Assembly: GCA_030324005.1 (NCBI GenBank)
Contig: JARDVH010000128.1
Location: 31,519,565-31,583,564 of the forward strand
Length of the DNA: 64,000 nucleotides
Direction of reading: 5' to 3'
Source of the DNA: Negaprion brevirostris
Taxonomy: Eukaryota
The position numbers and the translations under genes were made by a program. Positions 24,818 to 38,603 of this stretch are shown here, in pieces. Under the pieces are notes generated by a model, which was given only the letters and a program-made list of their open reading frames with translations, made no database searches and was not told the origin of the DNA. Every line of letters starts with the position of its first letter. Position 1 is the stretch's first letter.

Positions 24818-26282
24818 TCAATCGTGGCTGATCTGCACCTCACTCCATTCAGTTGCCTTTGCTCCCTTCCATGAAAATCTATCTACTGAAGCAAACTACT
24901 GCCGACACTGGAAGTCTGAAATAAAAATGGAAAACAGACGGCAAATGGGGAGAGAAGTCGATTTTACGGTTTAGCCCGACGACCTTTCATGGGAACAAAA
25001 TTTCAGCCTTGAATCTCAAATGTTCCTGGAGAATTCTAGATTTCTACTGGACAAGAAAGGTTGTGCTGCAAGCTAGAGTTCAATGTGTTCAGTTTAGACT
25101 ATATTGGCAGGAAATTTCTGCTTCACTTTTTTTTTATATATATGTATAGACTTAGCCAGTGGACACGCTTTCCCAATCCGTGAGTGCATTCAAAATATAG
25201 ATTTTTGGACAGTGATTATATTATTTTGTTTGAACCAATATGTGACGTTCCGTAGCAAAGTTATGGGTTTGTGACAAATGATATTTATAGGATCAAAATC
25301 TATTTCCACTATTCGTTCAGGCAGTGCGTTCCAGATCGTAACAACTCAGTTGCGTAAAAACAGCAGATAATGCATCTTTAAATCTCTTCAGTTCGCCAAT
25401 CGCTTTTAATGGTGCCCTTCATATTCATTATCGTTACGTTTACGCAACTGAGTTGTTATGATCTGGAATGCACTGCCTGAACGAAGAGTGGAAATAGATT
25501 CAATATTAACTTTCCAAAGAAAGTGGAGTATATTCTTGAAAAAGGAAGTTTTGCAGGGCAATGAGAGAGCAGGGAAGTGGAACTAAATGGGTAGACTGAA
25601 TGGCCGTTGTGTTGAATGACTCTGAGTGCTTGTGAATTAAGCCTCAAAATTAATTAAAGATAGCTGCAAAAGGCAATACTTTAAATACCCATTGATTTTA
25701 GATATTCTCTCACTACTCTGGTAGTGCAGGTTCTGTTAACAAAGCAAATGATACCAAGCTTTCTGAAGGTTCCTGCACTTCAGCTGAGAAATCGTTCATC
25801 TTAATCAATGATTTAAATGAAGTATAAATAACATTGGGTTCATGCAAGTACAGCAGCGCATGAACTCAATTGAACCAGTTGTTCTTTCCAGCCTGGTTTC
25901 CTATCTGATCATAAACTCAAAGTAATTTCTTTTGGAGCTGACTGCCATTGATATGAAGTGAATTAAAACTCATGTGGAATAGATCATTTGACCCTTTGAG
26001 TCTGTTCAATAAGAAGTCAACTCACCATCCCCTACCCCTTGATTCTTAGTACCCAAAAATTTATTAACCTTTCTTGAATATACTCAATGACTAGGATCCA
26101 CAGCTCTGAGATAGAAAATTCCTTCAATTCACAAACCTTTGTGAAGATATATCTTTCATCCCAGCCCTAAATCACCTATCACTTATTTTGAGACTGTGAC
26201 CTTAGTTCCAGAATCCGTAGCCCATCAAACCCCCAAATAATTTTATACATTTCATCAAGTCACCTATCATTCGTCTCAATTA

Positions 26283-26462
<180 letters not shown>

Positions 26463-26650
26463 TTATATACAATAACAGGGAAAAAAACTATTAATTGTAA
26501 CACAAAAGTATAGCGAGTTATTGGTCAGTCCCTGTTAAGCTAAAATAAACTCCTCCCAAGCAGATGATAATGTAGAAGGGTCCTACAAGTAGGTGCAAAT
26601 TCTGAGCTCCTTCCTACACTCTCACTAAAGATTGATGGGTGTTAACCTTT

Positions 26651-27010
26651 TGGCAGTGGTAGTTGTTGAATCAGAAGGGAGTGGGTTCGAGCCCCATTCC
26701 AGAGCACAATTTGGTGCTGATATTCTGATGCAGAAGTGCTGTCTTTCAGATTAGCCTCTAAAACAAGTACCAAGTTGTCCTTTTGAGGTGAAAATTCCAA
26801 GATGTTATATCATTCTTTTGAAGAGGAGCCAATTCTCTTCTCTTTGCCAATACTCTCCACCAACATCCTCACATTGCTATTTATGGAACCTTGATATGCG
26901 CACACTGGCTGCTGTATTTCCACATATTACAAGGAACACCATAACTTAAACAACATTTGATTAACTGTGAAGCTTGTTTGAATCTCCCAAGGACCTGAAA
27001 GACTAATTTT
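26651..27010 (+). mobile_element. Old Deu-domain (SacSINE1/AmnSINE1-like) SINE
   Basis: tRNA-like gggttcgagcccca head, then ctttcagat, tttgaagagg and ttggctgctgtatttcc..attaca core. Relatives at ~37770-38175, ~46320-46740, ~48575-48735, ~54465-54770 and ~54970-55820. Confidence 0.6.
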
Positions 27011-28420
27011 CGTTTCATATCAGTGACTGCCAACATTAATGGGATGTGAAATGACCAAATCAAGGAGCCATATTTCACTGTGACCCAATAATTTTAGAGG
27101 TTAAGTATTTGAATTGTCTGTTTAGAAGACCTCATTCGTGTTGTTGGGAATTGCCTGGTAGGCTGTTAACTAAGGCAGATATCACTCTGATTCCTTGCTT
27201 CGATTAACTGGGTTCTGTTAATTTGAACTCGTGGTTACTGATCAAGGAAAGCGTTTGCGGTATAGGGAAATGAGGGCAGGGTACAAAGGAGTCACTTTGT
27301 CGATTAATTTACTGTATGTGAACAAAGATTCGTACTTTTGAATCATGTTGTCAATCGAGAAGGCCCAAAGGAAGAGGGATCCTAGGAAATGTTCAGACAG
27401 GTATGCAAGGAAATTTAAAGAAACATTAGAGTTAAACAAAACCAAAACATCTTGAAACAAAGGGAACACAACAGAAGTAGAGACTGAAACTGAAAGAAGA
27501 GATCTTGAAACAAAACAAAATATACATTGGAACAATGAGACTAAGACAAGAATGAAATAAACAGAGACTGAAAAAGAATTTCTTCCTATGTTTAGTCAAT
27601 TTACGAAACCTCATTAGAAAGAAAAAGAAATTTGCTTTAATATCGGCCTTTCATGGACTTGGGACCTCCCAAAGTCCGTCCAGTAATGAGTGTGGCATTG
27701 AAGGCTTCGTGACGAATAAGCAGCTCTTGAACCTGCTGTTTCAATTTTGGAGAATATTTGAAGAAGATACGAAGAGAGGGGTCGTGTCACTGAGAGAATT
27801 CCAGAAGATAGATTTTCCAGTTTCTCTCCCAGGACGAATTCCCCATTCTGTTGAAGTGCAGTAAAAAATTCGAGGCAGTTCGCCCATTGAAATCACAGGC
27901 AGAGAGCCGTAATCCTCAAATGGACGAGGATTTCCAGTGTACATGGAAGTTGGAGTTTCATTATTTGGAAGCTATGAAAAGTAGCCGATGATGGAATGAA
28001 TGGTTGCATTCTATGCCGTTGTGAATGTTTTGACAATAATTATAGTTTTCAAGACTTATGAAGGGAATTGAATAAAATGATCGAGTTTTTTAATGCCGTG
28101 ACGAGTTTAATTATCGGGAACATGTGTTTAAAAGTATGTGACGAAATTTTGGGACTACTTCCAACGGGGCAATTTATTGAAGCCGAATTAGGTTCAAGAA
28201 TTGAGGTAGTTATGTAGGGAGAGAGAGGTTTGAGAGCGCATTTTTAAACTCGTGCACAGGGCATCTTGAATGAGCGGAGAATCCGCCTGGTTTGGTCTTA
28301 CAAAGAATGAGTAAGGTGCGGCCCAGAATTGTCCAAGTAATTGGACAACGTGAAGAAATTCACCAGGGAGCTGGTCGGATTTTTCTTTGAATATCGAGAC
28401 TGGTTTGAGTAATAGGTTAA

Positions 28421-28561
28421 ATTAGGTTGATTGGCCATGGTAAATTAGCCCTAGTGTCAGGGGATTAGCAGGGTAAATGAGAGAGGTTACAGGAATAAGG
28501 CCTGGACGGGATTGTGATCGATGGGCCGAATAGGCCTCCTTCTGCACTGGAAGGATTCTAA
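28421..28561 (+). mobile_element. HE1-type SINE, 3' half, inserted in the unclassified CpG-rich segment
   Basis: ttaggttgattggccatggtaaatt...cctccttctgcactggaaggattcta. Confidence 0.75.
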
Positions 28562-31500
28562 GGTATGGTCCTAATAGGGTTTCAAATGCATGTCGCGATC
28601 GTCTCGGATACCTCTCCAGTGAACAGAGTGGTGTGCAGTTTTTGTATGTGGAGGCACATTTCGTATTAGGGCTTCTAGCAGGAGCCTTTGCGCTGCTCTG
28701 TAAACTGGGTACAAACGGACATCGAGGGCACTCGACCGGATCTGTAAGGTTTTATTTCCAGACTTTTTGGGAATTTCCTGCATTATCTATGTTTTAGATA
28801 ACAACAGAGTTCATATATAAAGCATGTCAATATTTTCAAACACGGAAGATTACCAGCTGACCTGCGATTGTCACAGATCATCGGAACAACCTAAAGAGCA
28901 ACGTGCTCCAATATTTTAAATTTTCCTAGGTCTGCGTCCGCTTTCATTGAATAAAAGAGGTGGGAAATTGGACGGGTTCACAGTTATGCCCTCCGATCCA
29001 CTTTTTTTTGGTTTATTGCTGTGGTCAAACAATCCATCGTGCGTGGGTGCAGAGCTAGGAAAATCTCCCGGAACATTTTAATGCAGATGCTAGAGTACAC
29101 ATCCTCCTGACGACCCTTGTCTCACCTATTGTCAAACATGTCGGCTAGTTTCTTGCTCACGTCCGATTTCAGCTGTCAGATACATGCAAATAGTTCCATC
29201 TAGAGAGTGACAGTGCACTTACACACAAACTTCGAGGGTTGAGCAAAAAGGTAACATGCACAGTCCTGCAGCCTGTCATCTGCTGATCAGTGAGCACTAG
29301 TAAACACTAGCATCAAATCCATATCACACCTTCAGAATATGGATTTAATAAATTGGTTCCTCAGATAAATGAAAGGGCTGGAGCATTTATTCATAGAATT
29401 ACAGCCTCTTCCTCACATTCTTGATACTTTGCTATAGCTGTGAGTAATAATGTTCCACTTATTCTAACGTAGTGTCAGTGACAAACTCCTCGGCAGGCAC
29501 AGCTCGGGTTAGATATAGAGCTTCTTCTACACTGCCCCATCAAACGCTTCCAAGATAGATCGGGACTCTGTACTTTCTGACAATGTTCCGTATCCTGAAA
29601 CTCACTGGACTGGTGTGCCAATTAAGTTTCCCATTATAGCCACCTTTATGAATCCCCAGCAAACTTCCTAACCTATCCAAATAGGGGGTCAATTACTGAG
29701 TATTCAATATCTACCTTTGATGGGAAAGGGGGCAGCACAGCATATACCAGTTACCTTTTCGTGCTGGTTCTGGTTAGTGCTACAATTCCGATTTACAGTT
29801 TCCAGCTTCTAATGACATTTATGACCCTCCACTTAACCCACCGACTTGATTGAAGCTCTTGGCGAAATTGCTGTTGATTGGGTTTTGATACAATGTTCGT
29901 GAATGTCCTTTAGGGGAGGAAAACTGCCACTCTTACCTGGTCTGGCATATATGTGACTCCAGAGCCGCAATACAGTTGATTCTCAAGGGCAACTAAGATT
30001 GGGCAATAAATATTGGCCAGCCAGTGATGTCCATATCCCACAAATAAAAAAAATGATGTTATGTTACTGGGATCAGGGAGCTGGTCAATATATTCATTAC
30101 ATATAGTGTTGAGATTGGGTAGGATAAAAGCAAATCCCTCTTGATTGATAGTCAAACTTTGTTCCATCTGTATGTGTTCACTGGACCTGCTTAATATTCT
30201 GAGACTTCAAACCAATATTATTCAAATTTTGGCCGGAACATCAAATTGGTAGGAACCCTGAACATGAACGTAAGTGGAACTGACAGATGTACAGACACCA
30301 AGTAGACTGGAAATGTGATAGATGGAGCCTGAATTAAGCAGAAGCTGTTGGCTGCCAGATGATTAATTTCTGGTCACTTTCCAATGGTGTTTTTCCAACC
30401 AAGTTGCACATACACTCAGTTGTGTTACTGCCTTTTGCCTGGTAATAGTTAGAAGGTTGGGTTTGAGCATGCAAGAGGCAGATAATGTTACCAACCTTGG
30501 AATGAGTTCATGGAACGTCCTGGGTAGGCTGTTAGATGGGAGGGGAAGAAAAAGGCAGAGTGAGTGGAATCAAGCAAAGGGAAAGAAATGAATTCAGTGA
30601 AGAAAGAGAGAGAAGAAGAAAGAGGCAGAAATGGTGACAACAAAACATTAAACAGATACATGGAAGTTGGAAACTCAGACATTTAAACATGCTATTCCTT
30701 TCTGCATGCAAGAGTTATGTGTTTATCATAAATTTTAAAATCTGGCTAGTTTTTGCTCAAAGGATCTACTTGGATCCAAAACAGTTGAAAAATTCAAGTG
30801 AAACATTAGCCTTGATTTAAACTGGGGACAAGGAGTTTTGTGGGTAGCTTAGTGGAGGAATGGGAGGGGGCAGTGTTTTGGTGGATGGGAACCAAGGTGG
30901 GTACCAAACTGTCCACATCTTGGGATTGTGCGGCTTAGGAAATTAAACTTCCAGGTCTTGTCTACAGAGCCTCAATGAGTGCTCCCCACCAACATCCTAC
31001 TGCCCCCCGCCACCCCACCCCAGAAATTGGCTGGGAGGTAGGCGTGCAGTTGCAATGAAGCAATGGCTATTACTGGAGACCAAAGCAAGGGCAGACAGGT
31101 GATATGCGAGAGGAAGTTTCAAGAGGACCTTACGATTTGAAGAGTTGGTGGGGAGGTGCCTGGGGACAGGTAGAGGGAACACCTGGGTAAGGGAACCCTG
31201 AGTTCATGTAGCTTAGAGAAACAGTCCTGCTCCTCATGGATCCCCAGTGAATTTTTAAAATACGTAAGACTTGGCCTTTCAATCACAACACAATTTCTCA
31301 CTTATTCCTGGTGTAAAACCACAACTGCTTTCCCCACCCAGGCTTTGATTAAGACAGCATTCCATTATCCCAATTATGTCTCTTAATCCTAAACTGCATT
31401 TTTAAAGAGGAATTCTGTAAGTTTCCAACGGTTGTCCCCTCACTTGCTCGGAAGACCAGGAATTAGTGTGTGACATCAGTAGGTGAGTCACGTGTGGCAA

Positions 31501-34322
31501 TTCTAACTGCCTGGCCTGTTTCTGTCAATCAGATAATGTTAAAATCGGCCAGGTTGAAGCTGAAATGACCGTGGACAATAATATAACCTGCGAGTCTCTA
31601 ATTTCTTCTATGTGCCTGAGACCAAAAACATAGGGCAATACAGGAGGTAAATATCCATTAAAGCCCACTGACACAGTACATATGCACTGAAGGGGAAAAT
31701 GTTAAGATAATATTCCCAAGTATCTCTGGCCTTCTACAAGAGCATGTTGCTTGTAACTGGGCTGTTTAACCTCATAAGGTCCAGTTTCTCATGTGTCATT
31801 TTCCACCCTGCCCCAATTGGCCAACCACCATTGATTCCAGCCAACCTGGCAGAGTTAGAGAGTTTGTTTCATTGACCATGTGCATGGTCCACAGTATTGG
31901 TCCTTAGATGTTATATAGTATTTAACTGTGGAAAGCATCACATTGTCAAGGCCCATACAGTTCTGTCCACACTTGTATTTTCTAGAAATAGTCACAGAAG
32001 GAACATTGGCTGATATTTCTGTGCCTTCCTATCCCATCCAAATTCCTGAAGATGTACCTAGACCTTGTGGAAATATTTCAAAGTGCTCAAATTCATCAGC
32101 TTGGTATTTAAAATTTTGTATTCCAACACACTTCATGTTCTCGCAGAGTTTGTTATGTTTAAACCTATAAAGTAGTGTCCAGTGATTCCCTCAAAATGTT
32201 GTTACAGGTTCTAGCCATCCAAGCACAAATTTCAGTTGCTCAAGCAACTCCAGCTGTTATTCTGTTTAATCTCAGGTTCTGATTTTAAGGATGCTTAAAA
32301 CTTTATTTTCAGGTATTTCCCCTATTGAAGGGGACACCCACCCATATCGATTGGGTTGTCAAATGGCTGAATGATTGTTCAGGATCATTATGCCATAAAG
32401 ACAGCACCCATGATTGTATCAATGATAAAAATAAATGATGTTTGAACACAGAAAGATCAAAAACAATGTTATTTTCTTTTTTGGCAATCATTTCTATAAT
32501 CAAAGCCTTAGCACCTTACTCTAGATTTTACAATCCCTATTGAACATCAACAGCATTGTATATTTTACCTTGTTTATTTTGCTGCTTTTTTTGTACCCTC
32601 TTGTGAGATTTTCATCCAATGTCCGCACATGTGCATTTTTCAAAATGAGCCATTTTAAAGTAGCATAATATTGAATTATGAGCTAATTCCCACCTTCGTT
32701 CCCTAGCCTAATTAGTTCTCATGCTGTCACCTTGAGTGACATTGACTAAGTCAGCAGGAGTCNNNNNNNNNNATTCAGGTCTGTAGCTCTGCGGTTAGTT
32801 CAACAATTTCAGTTCTGGAAACTATGACAAAGGAACTGGTCACAGGATCAACAGTAACAGTGAGCTAGAGAGTGTAGGGAAATGTGCGTCAGGGATGAGG
32901 CAAACATCTGTGTGCTTCAACATTACATCCCTAAATCATCATTTCTGGAGCGCTTCTTTATAATCAAATAACTCTGATTATAGAAACAGAAGTCATTTGA
33001 CTGCAAACATTGAGTCAGATTGTTCTTGGATTTGCTCCCATATCTAAACTGAAAATAAACAGGTTTCACTGTTACTTTCATCTGTGAAAACCAGAGCACA
33101 CTATTATGATTGGAACTGGTGTTTCACAGAATAAAACATAATACACTCTTCTGCTGCAAACTCAATTCAACTTCAATGGCAAGTAACACATATTTAAAAA
33201 GATTTACAGAAGTAACAGCTGAAAATCCAAAATAAGAGAGTGCAGTAGGAGAAAGAATAAAAGGACAAATTAATGTCTGTTAAAGTCCCTTCATCAGGTC
33301 TGGAAACTGGAAGACAAATAAACTGTTTCCTAAGTTTGAGTAAAATTAAGGGGAAGGATATTATCTGAAATCCCTCAGCCACAAGAACCAGAGGTGTTTG
33401 AATACAGTTCAATCTCATTGGTGAGAAGACATGCCACATATTCTAGACTTATGCTGGTATCCATCCAAAGGTTTTCCCCATTCATCTATATTGTCTCTCC
33501 TTCGCATTTCAGGGCAACATTACTGCTAGCATCAGCAACAGAAACTACTTGGGCACAGACATGCAATATTGAATAAAACTATCTCTTTGAGCTCAAATAT
33601 ATTTAAACAAAAGGGGGCACTAAGAAATTAAATCCCAAATAAGATAGCTTTTGGTTCATTAGTTACTGGCAACATCTTTCTTCTAGTAGACTGCAACATC
33701 GTCTAAACTCCTTGATCAGCCAGTGCCTTAGAATCAATCAATAATGCAAAAGCCAGGCTTTAGAGATGGAGCAGTTAGAAACTCTGTTGCTAATCTTGGC
33801 TAGATCTGATCTTCTTCAAGCATGAATTCCTGTCGTGATGCTGATGGACTGGTCAAGTGATTATATCATAGAATCGTAGACAGTGATGGATATTGAGAAA
33901 TCGTATATAGAACATTCCACTCAACATGGCAGCAATCTCACTGTATATGACTTTACTGGACTTCAGCTTCACGGAATATTTCAGTAGCTAATAACTAACA
34001 ACAGTGCAGGATTTCACAGTATTGCTAATTTTCACAATTAACTCTTTTTCCTTTCAATGGCATTGACTTCAAATGCGAAAATTCTTAGGGTACAAAAAAC
34101 AAGACCAATAGTAAATTATTCCAATAAAATGTTGATTATGCATTTGCCAAGTGGATGATAATGTTCCATTTTAGACACAGTTGTATAATTGAAACTCTGG
34201 TTTCCCCTCTCAAAAGATTTTACAATGTTTGCACCCATGTACAAGCCAATGGTATGAAATGATTAAATTTTTTTTGTTACATTTTTGGGTCTTGTCACAG
34301 NNNNNNNNNNTTAACATCTTCA

Positions 34323-34562
<240 letters not shown>

Positions 34563-34724
34563 TCAATATACCCTCCAATGGACTCCATCTCATTGCTCTG
34601 TATAAATGCTCACTGATCACCAAAGGTATGAAACAAAACTACAGAAATTTCCCATGCCTTGAAAATATTCCTCACATCCTCAGAAGATTCCACATCTCCA
34701 CTAATCAACCTTGTGACTAATTTG

Positions 34725-35597
34725 ACAAGGAAGTATACATGAATAAGATGGGAATAGAAGGATATGGTCCCCGGAAGGGTAGGGGGTTTTAGTTCAGTCA
34801 GACAGCATGGTCGGTGTAGGCTTGGAGGGCCAAAGGGCCTGTTTCTGTGCTGTAATTCTCTTGTTCTTTGTCCTTTGTATTCAGTGTATGACGACACGTA
34901 GGACGTTCTGAGGAATAAAGGGATCTTGGTGTGTTTATCCATAGATCTCTGAATGAGCGGTAGTAGGGTGGTGAAAAAGGCATACAGGAAATTGCCTTTT
35001 ATTAATCTAGACATAGATTACAAAGGCAGCGAAGTCATGTTGGAGTTGTATAGAACTTTGGTGAAGCCCAGCTGGAGTTTGTATGCAGTTCTGATTGCCA
35101 CGTTTATAGGAAGGCTATGATTGCACTGGAGGGGGTGCAGAGGAGATTCACCAGGACATTGCATGGAATGGAACATTTAAGTTGTGGAGAGAGGATGGAC
35201 AGGCTTGGGTAGTTTTCATTAGAGCAGAGCAGACCTGATCGAGGTGTAAAAGATTTTGAGGGGCATGGACAGAGTGTATAGGGAGCAGATGTTCTCCTTA
35301 GTTGAAGAGTCAGCCATGAGGGGTCACAAGTTCGAGGTGAGGGGTAGGAAGTTTAGAGATAATGTGGGACAAAAATCTTTTACCCAGAGGGCGGTGATGG
35401 CCTGGAATGTGCTGCCTGGAAGAGTGGTGGAAGTGGGCTGCCTCACATCCTTTACAAAGTACTTGGCATGTCATAACATTCAAAGCTATGGGTCAAGTAC
35501 TGATAAATGGGAATAGGTAGGTAGGTCAGATGTTTCTCACATGTAGGTGCAGACTCAATGGGCTGAAGAGACTCTTCTGCCCTGTGTAATTCTATGA
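34725..35597 (+). mobile_element. CR1 tail (34725-34875) followed by a CR1 3' end (34885-35597)
   Basis: DLGVFIHRSL, LEGVQRRFTR and FTQRAVMAWNVLPG remnants. Confidence 0.85.
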
Positions 35598-37401
35598 ACA
35601 GCTCTAGAAAAACTGATGACTCTAAAGCAGCCTTCAGTGTTGGTCTGTGACATGTAATTGCACTGAAAAATATTGCTTATCACACCTCACCTACAGGTTT
35701 ACCCAATGTTCAACATTTTGCAAGGGAGTAATTAGTGGTGGATATAAACATTTCTGACAGGGATGTTAGCAGCTGATGATGGGTTTCTTCACTAACTTCT
35801 GAGAAAGTGGGATTTGTGAATGTTCTTGAAAATAAGATTTTCTCAGTATTCTTAATAACAGTAAAGTTGCATCTGCCTGATTTTCCCCAAAAAGGGATGA
35901 GGGGGATTCTGCTCCGTTTCACCGTGCTGATGATGAGACCTCACTCCCATTGCATCCCAAAAAATGTCACACCATCCAAGGAAAGTTGGATCCGATACTA
36001 GCAGAGGTTGTTGAAAAATAATTTATATTGAAACAAATTCAAATGGCCTACGATAATTGGATTTCAAAAAATGTAATGCTAATATGAACTGCAGACTCCA
36101 AAGCACTGAAAAATCACAAACAAAATGTCAGAAACAGCCTTTGGAGTGACTGTGACATCTNNNNNNNNNNNNNNNNNNNNNNNTTCTCCAGGGACACTGT
36201 CCTTGGCAAGAATCATGATGGCCCGTTGAATTGTGAATTAGGCAAAAAGTGGGATTCTCACATCAAACCTGTTGCAAGTCCACCTGCCCACTGCACCAAG
36301 CCCAATCAGGTTCTCAACCAGAGTGGATGGGAACCTAATGAATAATTATAATTGGTCATTTAATTGCAAGGCCCTCCTGTAATGCATCTGCCCCCACAGC
36401 AGGAGGTTCAGTGGACAGGATTTGGCGCAGGTCCTGACAAACATAGACCTGGGACCTTGGACTCTGAGGTCGGGGGGATTGTCAAGAAGTTGGGTTTTGT
36501 GCCCGTGTGCCAAATGACACTGCTGCCAAGCTGGTCCCTAAGGGACTTGGGGTTGGGTCGGCTTGGGCTTAGGGCAAGGCGTTGACCTTGGGACTGTCTC
36601 CTGGATGGGGGTCTCATGACTGGATTGCCCCTTCTTGCCCTGGGAAAACTGGAAATCACTCTTGGCATGGTGATCTCGGGCTTGTTCTAATTTACAAGTC
36701 AAACAGCAGTCAGGAACTTTCACTTTCACTCTTTTCTAACCACAATGTTTATAAACAGGCTTACTATTTGATCTAAAGACCTTGGCTAACTGTTTTTCTC
36801 AAACAACATACTGGAATCACGTGCTTGTGCTGGAGGTGACTTTCAGCCTTAGAAGAGGCTGTCACCATTTCCCTGCCATCCTGGTTGTGTCACTCTGGCA
36901 GTGACACCCTGACTATCTTTAGTTAGAGGATGGGGGTGGCTGTCTCCGAATGTAGAGATTGGGGCACCCTTTAAAATGGCACCCTGATCTCCATGAAGCC
37001 GCCTGTTGGCGTGATTTACGTCTTGCATATTTTTACATGTCAAAGGTGGCTGAATTCCTCCTACCATACACTGCTAGCACCAGCGTAAAACACTCCAGTT
37101 TTCCTGCAGGTAGGAACATTTGGAATAAAAATGGGAGAATCGCACTAAATGATTCTTATGACTTAAAGACACGTATTTCTGCTTGAAACCTTAATGGAGA
37201 AATGTTATGTGTAACTACAACTTAAGTTAAAATTTCATGTGCCATTGTACTTTCAGTGTAGTCTTTTTTGAGTTGTCTGCCTTTCTGAAGCTTTATTTAA
37301 GTTGCAAGTTTTTTTGCGTTTATGTATTTGTGAAAGTTCCAGACCACATTCTAATCTTTGCTCAGAGCCAGAGTCTTTTTCCTTCCCAGCAGTTGACTTA
37401 C

Positions 37402-37527
37402 CCGAGTAGTCATCAGATGAAGTCTTCTCATTCAGCCGAAGAGTTTTATCAATATGATGTCGATCTCTGTAAAGTAGCTGTAGGTCAGGCTGCTCCTCCA
37501 TCTCCGCCTCCACGTCATCTCCTTCAT
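37402..37527 (-). CDS. SRL: Sarcalumenin exon (126 bp), first common exon after the acidic cassette
   Basis: (D)EGDDVEAEMEEQPDLQLLYRDRHHIDKTLRLNEKTSSDDYS, matching the mammalian [23 protein letters not shown] segment. Acceptor tctgtctgcag|AT, donor G|gtaagt. Confidence 0.93.
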
Positions 37528-37769
37528 CTGCAGACAGAGGAAAGAAAACATCAGATATGAACAGCTCTTCTCAATTTTAAATGCTCTGAATCCCCATNNN
37601 NNNNNNNNNNNNNNNNNNNNNNNNNNNNNNNNNNNNNNNNNNNNNNNNNNNNNNNNNNNNNNNNNNNNNNNNNNNNNNNNNNNNNNNNNNNNNNNNNTTC
37701 CAAAAGATTTGCTGGCACAACCTTCACTCTCCCTGTCAACCTTGGATCAATAATAATATTCTCAACTCT

Positions 37770-38176
37770 TGTCCCACTTCAGAGACTTGAGTGCAAAATC
37801 CAGACTCGTACTTCCAGCTTTATACTGAGACACTGTCACTGTCAGAGGTATCATCCTTCAAATAAGATACTAAACTGAAGCCCTGTCTATCCTGTTGAGT
37901 AGATGTAAAAGGTCCCATGTCACTAATTTGAAAAAGAGCTGTGAATTCTTCCCAGTGTCTTGACCAATTTTAATCGTCAACCAACAATGTTAAAACCAGC
38001 TCATGAGGTCATTCATCTTATTGCTGTTTGTGGAAATTTGCCATGAGCAAATTGACTTCTGTATTTTTCTGTATTACAACAATTATTATTTTACAATAAT
38101 TAAAAAAATATTCCGTGAAATGTTCTTGGACATCCTGAGGATTTGAAGAACACCATAAAAATCCAAGTTCTTTCCT
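37770..38176 (+). mobile_element. Old Deu-domain SINE
   Basis: cagagacttgagtgcaaaatccagact...gatgtaaaaggtcccatg...ggacatcctgagg...caagttctttcc tail. Confidence 0.65.
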
Positions 38177-38455
38177 TCCTCTGTACAATGGAAGTAAAAT
38201 TGTATTCTGGGTGCTGGTTATATCTAACTAGATATTGTAATACTGCAACGTGGAATTTTTTCCCAACTTTCTTCCCTTCTGAAGACCCTGATTCCTTGTA
38301 GGAGTCCTATTTCATAAGTATCAGCCATCACTATATTGTGTTGACTGGCTGCTCCACAGTCCTTTAATTTTAAAAAATCTGAAACTTTCCTTGATTTCCA
38401 AACTTTAAAAAAATACTTAAAGGATGTGAAATCAACCAGCCTGCTGTTGGTTTGG

Positions 38456-38603
38456 CCAAAGATGTGCAGGTTAGGTGAATTGGCCATGCTAAAAGTTCTC
38501 CCACAGCGTACCCAAACAGGCGCCACAGTGTCTCACTAGGGGATTTTCACAGTAATTTCATTAGTGTGAATGTATGCCTACTTGTGATGAATAAATAATT
38601 TTA
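38456..38603 (+). mobile_element. 3' part of the alternative-tail SINE
   Basis: ccaaagatgtgcaggttaggtgaattggccatgct...gcctacttgtgatgaataaataat. Confidence 0.7.

Noticed and set aside
28571-28783. Possible hepadnavirus core or bornavirus N similarity
   Set aside because: Comparison from memory showed no convincing motif match, so the segment is left unclassified.
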